64,000 nucleotides of DNA, taken from positions 10,411-74,410 of the forward strand of contig JAFEDX010000194.1 of the NCBI GenBank assembly GCA_018241365.1, written 5' to 3'. The position numbers were made by a program, and so were the translations under genes. Shown one piece after another: positions 61,508-64,000 of the stretch. Numbering within the stretch: the first letter of the stretch is position 1; each line of letters begins with the position of its first letter. The notes under the pieces were generated by a model. The model saw nothing but the letters and a program-made list of their open reading frames with translations, was not told the origin of the DNA and searched no databases. The stretch comes from Pseudomonadota bacterium (GTDB taxonomy: Bacteria > Pseudomonadota > Gammaproteobacteria > Xanthomonadales > Rhodanobacteraceae).

Positions 61508-62101
61508 ATGCCAGCTCAACAACTCGCCGACCAGCCCGCCCTGGATTTGCTTCGCAACCGCCGTTCGGTGCCCGCCGCGCAACTGCAAGCGCCCGGACCG
61601 ACGCTCGAACAACTGCGCGAGATCGTTGCCACCGCGATCCGCGTGCCCGATCACGGCAAGCTCACGCCCTGGCGGCTGATCGCATTCACCGGCGATACCG
61701 GTACGCGCTACGGCGAGGCACTGGCCGCTTTGCATGCGCGCATCGATCCTGGCGTACCCGAAGCCAAGCTGGCCAAGGATCGCGAGCGCTTCGCGCATTC
61801 GCCGACGGTATTGGCAGTCATCGCACGGATCGATGAGCACCACCCCAAGATTCCGGCGCAGGAACAACTGCTGTCGGCGGGTTGCCTTGCCTTCCATCTA
61901 CTGCTCTCTGCGCAAGCCGCCGGATTCGGCGCGCAATGGCTGACCGGCTGGTCATGCTACGACCACGACGCCGCCAGGCTGTTGGGACTGGCCGACCATG
62001 AGCGCGCAATCGCCTACATCCACATCGGCAGCCGCGGCGTCGAGCCGCCCGAGCGCAGTCGCCCTGCGGTCGACGACGTGTTGAGCGCGTGGCAGGGATG
62101 A
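61508..62101 (+). CDS. Nitroreductase family protein
   Basis: LLRNRRSVPAAQL...PDHGKLTPWRLIAF, 197 aa. Confidence 0.8.
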   Translation: MPAQQLADQPALDLLRNRRSVPAAQLQAPGPTLEQLREIVATAIRVPDHGKLTPWRLIAFTGDTGTRYGEALAALHARIDPGVPEAKLAKDRERFAHSPTVLAVIARIDEHHPKIPAQEQLLSAGCLAFHLLLSAQAAGFGAQWLTGWSCYDHDAARLLGLADHERAIAYIHIGSRGVEPPERSRPAVDDVLSAWQG

Positions 62102-63033
62102 ACGCGGTTCCGCCGAAGCCGAGCGGGACGCCGGTCAAAACGGTATACCTGATCGATGCCAGCATGTACGTGTTCCGCGCCTGGCATTCGATGCCGGACG
62201 CATTCTTCGACACCGACGGCAATCCGGTCAACGCGGTGCATGGTTTCACACGCTTCCTGCTGGACTTCGTCGAGCACACGCGCGCCACGCACGCCGTCAC
62301 CGCATTCGACATCGCCCTGACCAGTTCCTTCCGCAACGCGATCTACCCCGCCTACAAGGCCAACCGTGAACCCGCGCCGCCGGAACTGAAGCGGCAATTC
62401 GAATACTGCCGCGAGCTCGCGGCTGCATGCGGATTCAGCGTACTGGCGGACGCCACCTACGAAGCCGACGACCTGATCGGCAGCGTGTTGCAGTCCTCGC
62501 GCGCACACGGCTTGTCCGCGGTGATCGTTTCTGCCGACAAGGATTTCGGCCAGTTGCTGGCCGACGGCACCGAGCAGTGGGACTACGCACGCGGCCAGCG
62601 CTGGGGCGCGGCCGGGGTGCCGGCGCGGTTGGGCGTCGAAGCGCATCAGGTCGTCGATTACCTGGCGCTGACCGGCGATGCCACCGACAACATTCCCGGC
62701 GTGCCGGGCATCGGTGCCAAGGGCGCAGCAGCGTTGCTGGCGCATTTCGGCAACCTCGAATCCCTGCTTGCGCGCATCGACGAGGTGCCGTTCCTGCGCC
62801 TGCGCGGCGCGACGTCGCTGGCGGCGAAATTGCGCGAACATGCCGAACAGGCACGCCTGTCGCAACGCCTCGCCCGCATCGCGCTGGATGCGCCGGTGCC
62901 CGACGACCCCGATGCCCTGAAACGGCTGGCGCCTGATCACGCCACGCTGGATGCCCTGTTCGAACGCCTGAAGATCGGGCCGCTCACCCGCACCCGCGCG
63001 CACCAGGTGCTGCAAACGGGATCGGTGCCATGA
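62098..63033 (+). CDS. 5'-3' exonuclease / flap endonuclease (Xni/ExoIX-like, PIN + H3TH)
   Basis: VYLIDASMYVFRAWHS...YKANR...EADDLIGS...VSADKDFGQL...LTGDATDNIPGVPGIGAKGAAALL. ATG 62098 overlaps the upstream stop as ATGA. Confidence 0.85.
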   Translation: MNAVPPKPSGTPVKTVYLIDASMYVFRAWHSMPDAFFDTDGNPVNAVHGFTRFLLDFVEHTRATHAVTAFDIALTSSFRNAIYPAYKANREPAPPELKRQFEYCRELAAACGFSVLADATYEADDLIGSVLQSSRAHGLSAVIVSADKDFGQLLADGTEQWDYARGQRWGAAGVPARLGVEAHQVVDYLALTGDATDNIPGVPGIGAKGAAALLAHFGNLESLLARIDEVPFLRLRGATSLAAKLREHAEQARLSQRLARIALDAPVPDDPDALKRLAPDHATLDALFERLKIGPLTRTRAHQVLQTGSVP

Positions 63034-63584
63034 ATCGCGACCCGCGGATCCCCGTCGACGCCGATGCGCCCACCGGAATCCTGCATGCGGGAAAGTGGCT
63101 GACGCTGAAACAACGCGGGCGCTGGGAGTTCGTCGAACGCAACAACCCGCAGGGCGCGGTGATCATCGTCGCAGTGACGCCCGACGACCGCGTGCTGTTC
63201 GTCGAGCAATACCGCGTGCCCATCCGCAGCCTCACCATCGAAATGCCGGCGGGGCTGATCGGCGACGCGGGTCACGCCGACGATGACAGCGTGGCCACCG
63301 CCGCGCGCCGCGAGCTCGAAGAGGAAACCGGCTGGACCTGTGCGCGCGTGGTGCCGCTGCACTCGGGGCCGTCATCGGCCGGCATGAGCACCGAAATGAT
63401 GCACTTCGTGCGTGCGCTGGGCCTGCGCAAGGTTGGTTCCGGCGGTGGCGATGCCACCGAGGACATCGTCGTGCACGAAGTGCCGCGCGGCGAGGCCGGC
63501 GCCTGGCTGCAGGCGATGACAGGCAAGGGTTATTCGATCGATCCGAAGCTGTTCGCAGGGCTGTGGTTCCTCGAACACGCGTAG
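63030..63584 (+). CDS. NUDIX hydrolase (ADP-ribose pyrophosphatase-like)
   Basis: Nudix box-like GLIGDAGHADDDSVATAARRELEEETG. Its ATG overlaps the upstream stop as ATGA. Confidence 0.8.
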   Translation: MNRDPRIPVDADAPTGILHAGKWLTLKQRGRWEFVERNNPQGAVIIVAVTPDDRVLFVEQYRVPIRSLTIEMPAGLIGDAGHADDDSVATAARRELEEETGWTCARVVPLHSGPSSAGMSTEMMHFVRALGLRKVGSGGGDATEDIVVHEVPRGEAGAWLQAMTGKGYSIDPKLFAGLWFLEHA

Positions 63585-63594
63585 CCGAGTTCGG

Positions 63595-63987
63595 CTAGCG
63601 TGTCGCAAAGCGCACGATCAACAGGATCGCCATCGCCAGCATCACCAACAGCGTCAACCCGGCGCCGAGGACGCGTCCGAACGAGCGCCCCGCATACGCG
63701 GACAACCCGAATGCATGCAGCACGCGCGCCACCACCAGCGTGATGCCGAACACATGCAACCACGTGTTCCGGGTCTGTTCGAAAGCCAGCGCCACCAGCA
63801 TCAGCAGCGCCAGCGGCACGTATTCGACCGCGTTTGCATGCACGCGGATCGCCCGGGTGAGGTCCGGATCGCCGCCCGTGCCGAGGCCAACGCGGCGTGT
63901 ATTGCGCAACCACATCACGCGCATGGCCAGCAACAACACAAGCAGCGTCAACAGCGCAATATAAAATCCCGCGATCAGCACGCTCAA
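63595..63987 (-). CDS. MAPEG family membrane protein
   Basis: 130 aa, 4 TM segments, RVHANAVEYVPLAL motif. Confidence 0.75.
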   Translation of the reverse strand: MSVLIAGFYIALLTLLVLLLAMRVMWLRNTRRVGLGTGGDPDLTRAIRVHANAVEYVPLALLMLVALAFEQTRNTWLHVFGITLVVARVLHAFGLSAYAGRSFGRVLGAGLTLLVMLAMAILLIVRFATR

Positions 63988-64000
63988 GCCTCCTTCTGGC

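Overview
High-GC gammaproteobacterial chromosome segment. Gene order and the GTAGGAGC-type REP hairpins suggest Xanthomonadales/Lysobacterales, possibly Rhodanobacter- or Dyella-like, but I cannot verify the taxon. I support about 62 protein genes, most of them core housekeeping. They fall into these clusters: der-bamB-yfgM / rodZ-pilW-rlmN-ndk (minus strand); a TetR(PsrA-like)-fadB-fadA beta-oxidation operon; a long co-directional serC-hisC-aroA-cmk-rpsA-ihfB-lapB-wbpL-wbpM-galU block; infA; a Fur-type TonB receptor with piuC; rapA; yajC-secD-secF; pntAA/pntAB/pntB; and xni-like exonuclease with NUDIX. Many track ORFs are over-extended at the 5' end, so I re-set starts where an internal ATG or GTG with a Shine-Dalgarno sequence and a family-typical N-terminus was visible. 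I saw no rRNA, tRNA, CRISPR array, transposase, integrase, toxin-antitoxin pair or recognisable phage-defence system, and I cannot point to a clearly novel multi-gene system. The most unusual observations are: (1) a recombination-scar mosaic at 11.3-14.9 kb, where decayed copies of the 3' ends of fadA and of a DUF456 gene are joined back-to-back and also bracket terC, with lower-GC cargo genes between them; (2) an ECF sigma / DUF3619-like / DUF3106 module inserted in opposite orientation inside the transhydrogenase (pnt) gene set, ending 9 nt from the pntAA stop; (3) an ECF43-like sigma factor with a Ser/Thr kinase-TPR sensor pair and a small secreted protein downstream; (4) a 79-nt compound hairpin built from three about 11-nt repeats between convergent genes. 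All functional calls come from recognising protein motifs by eye, and no database search was run.
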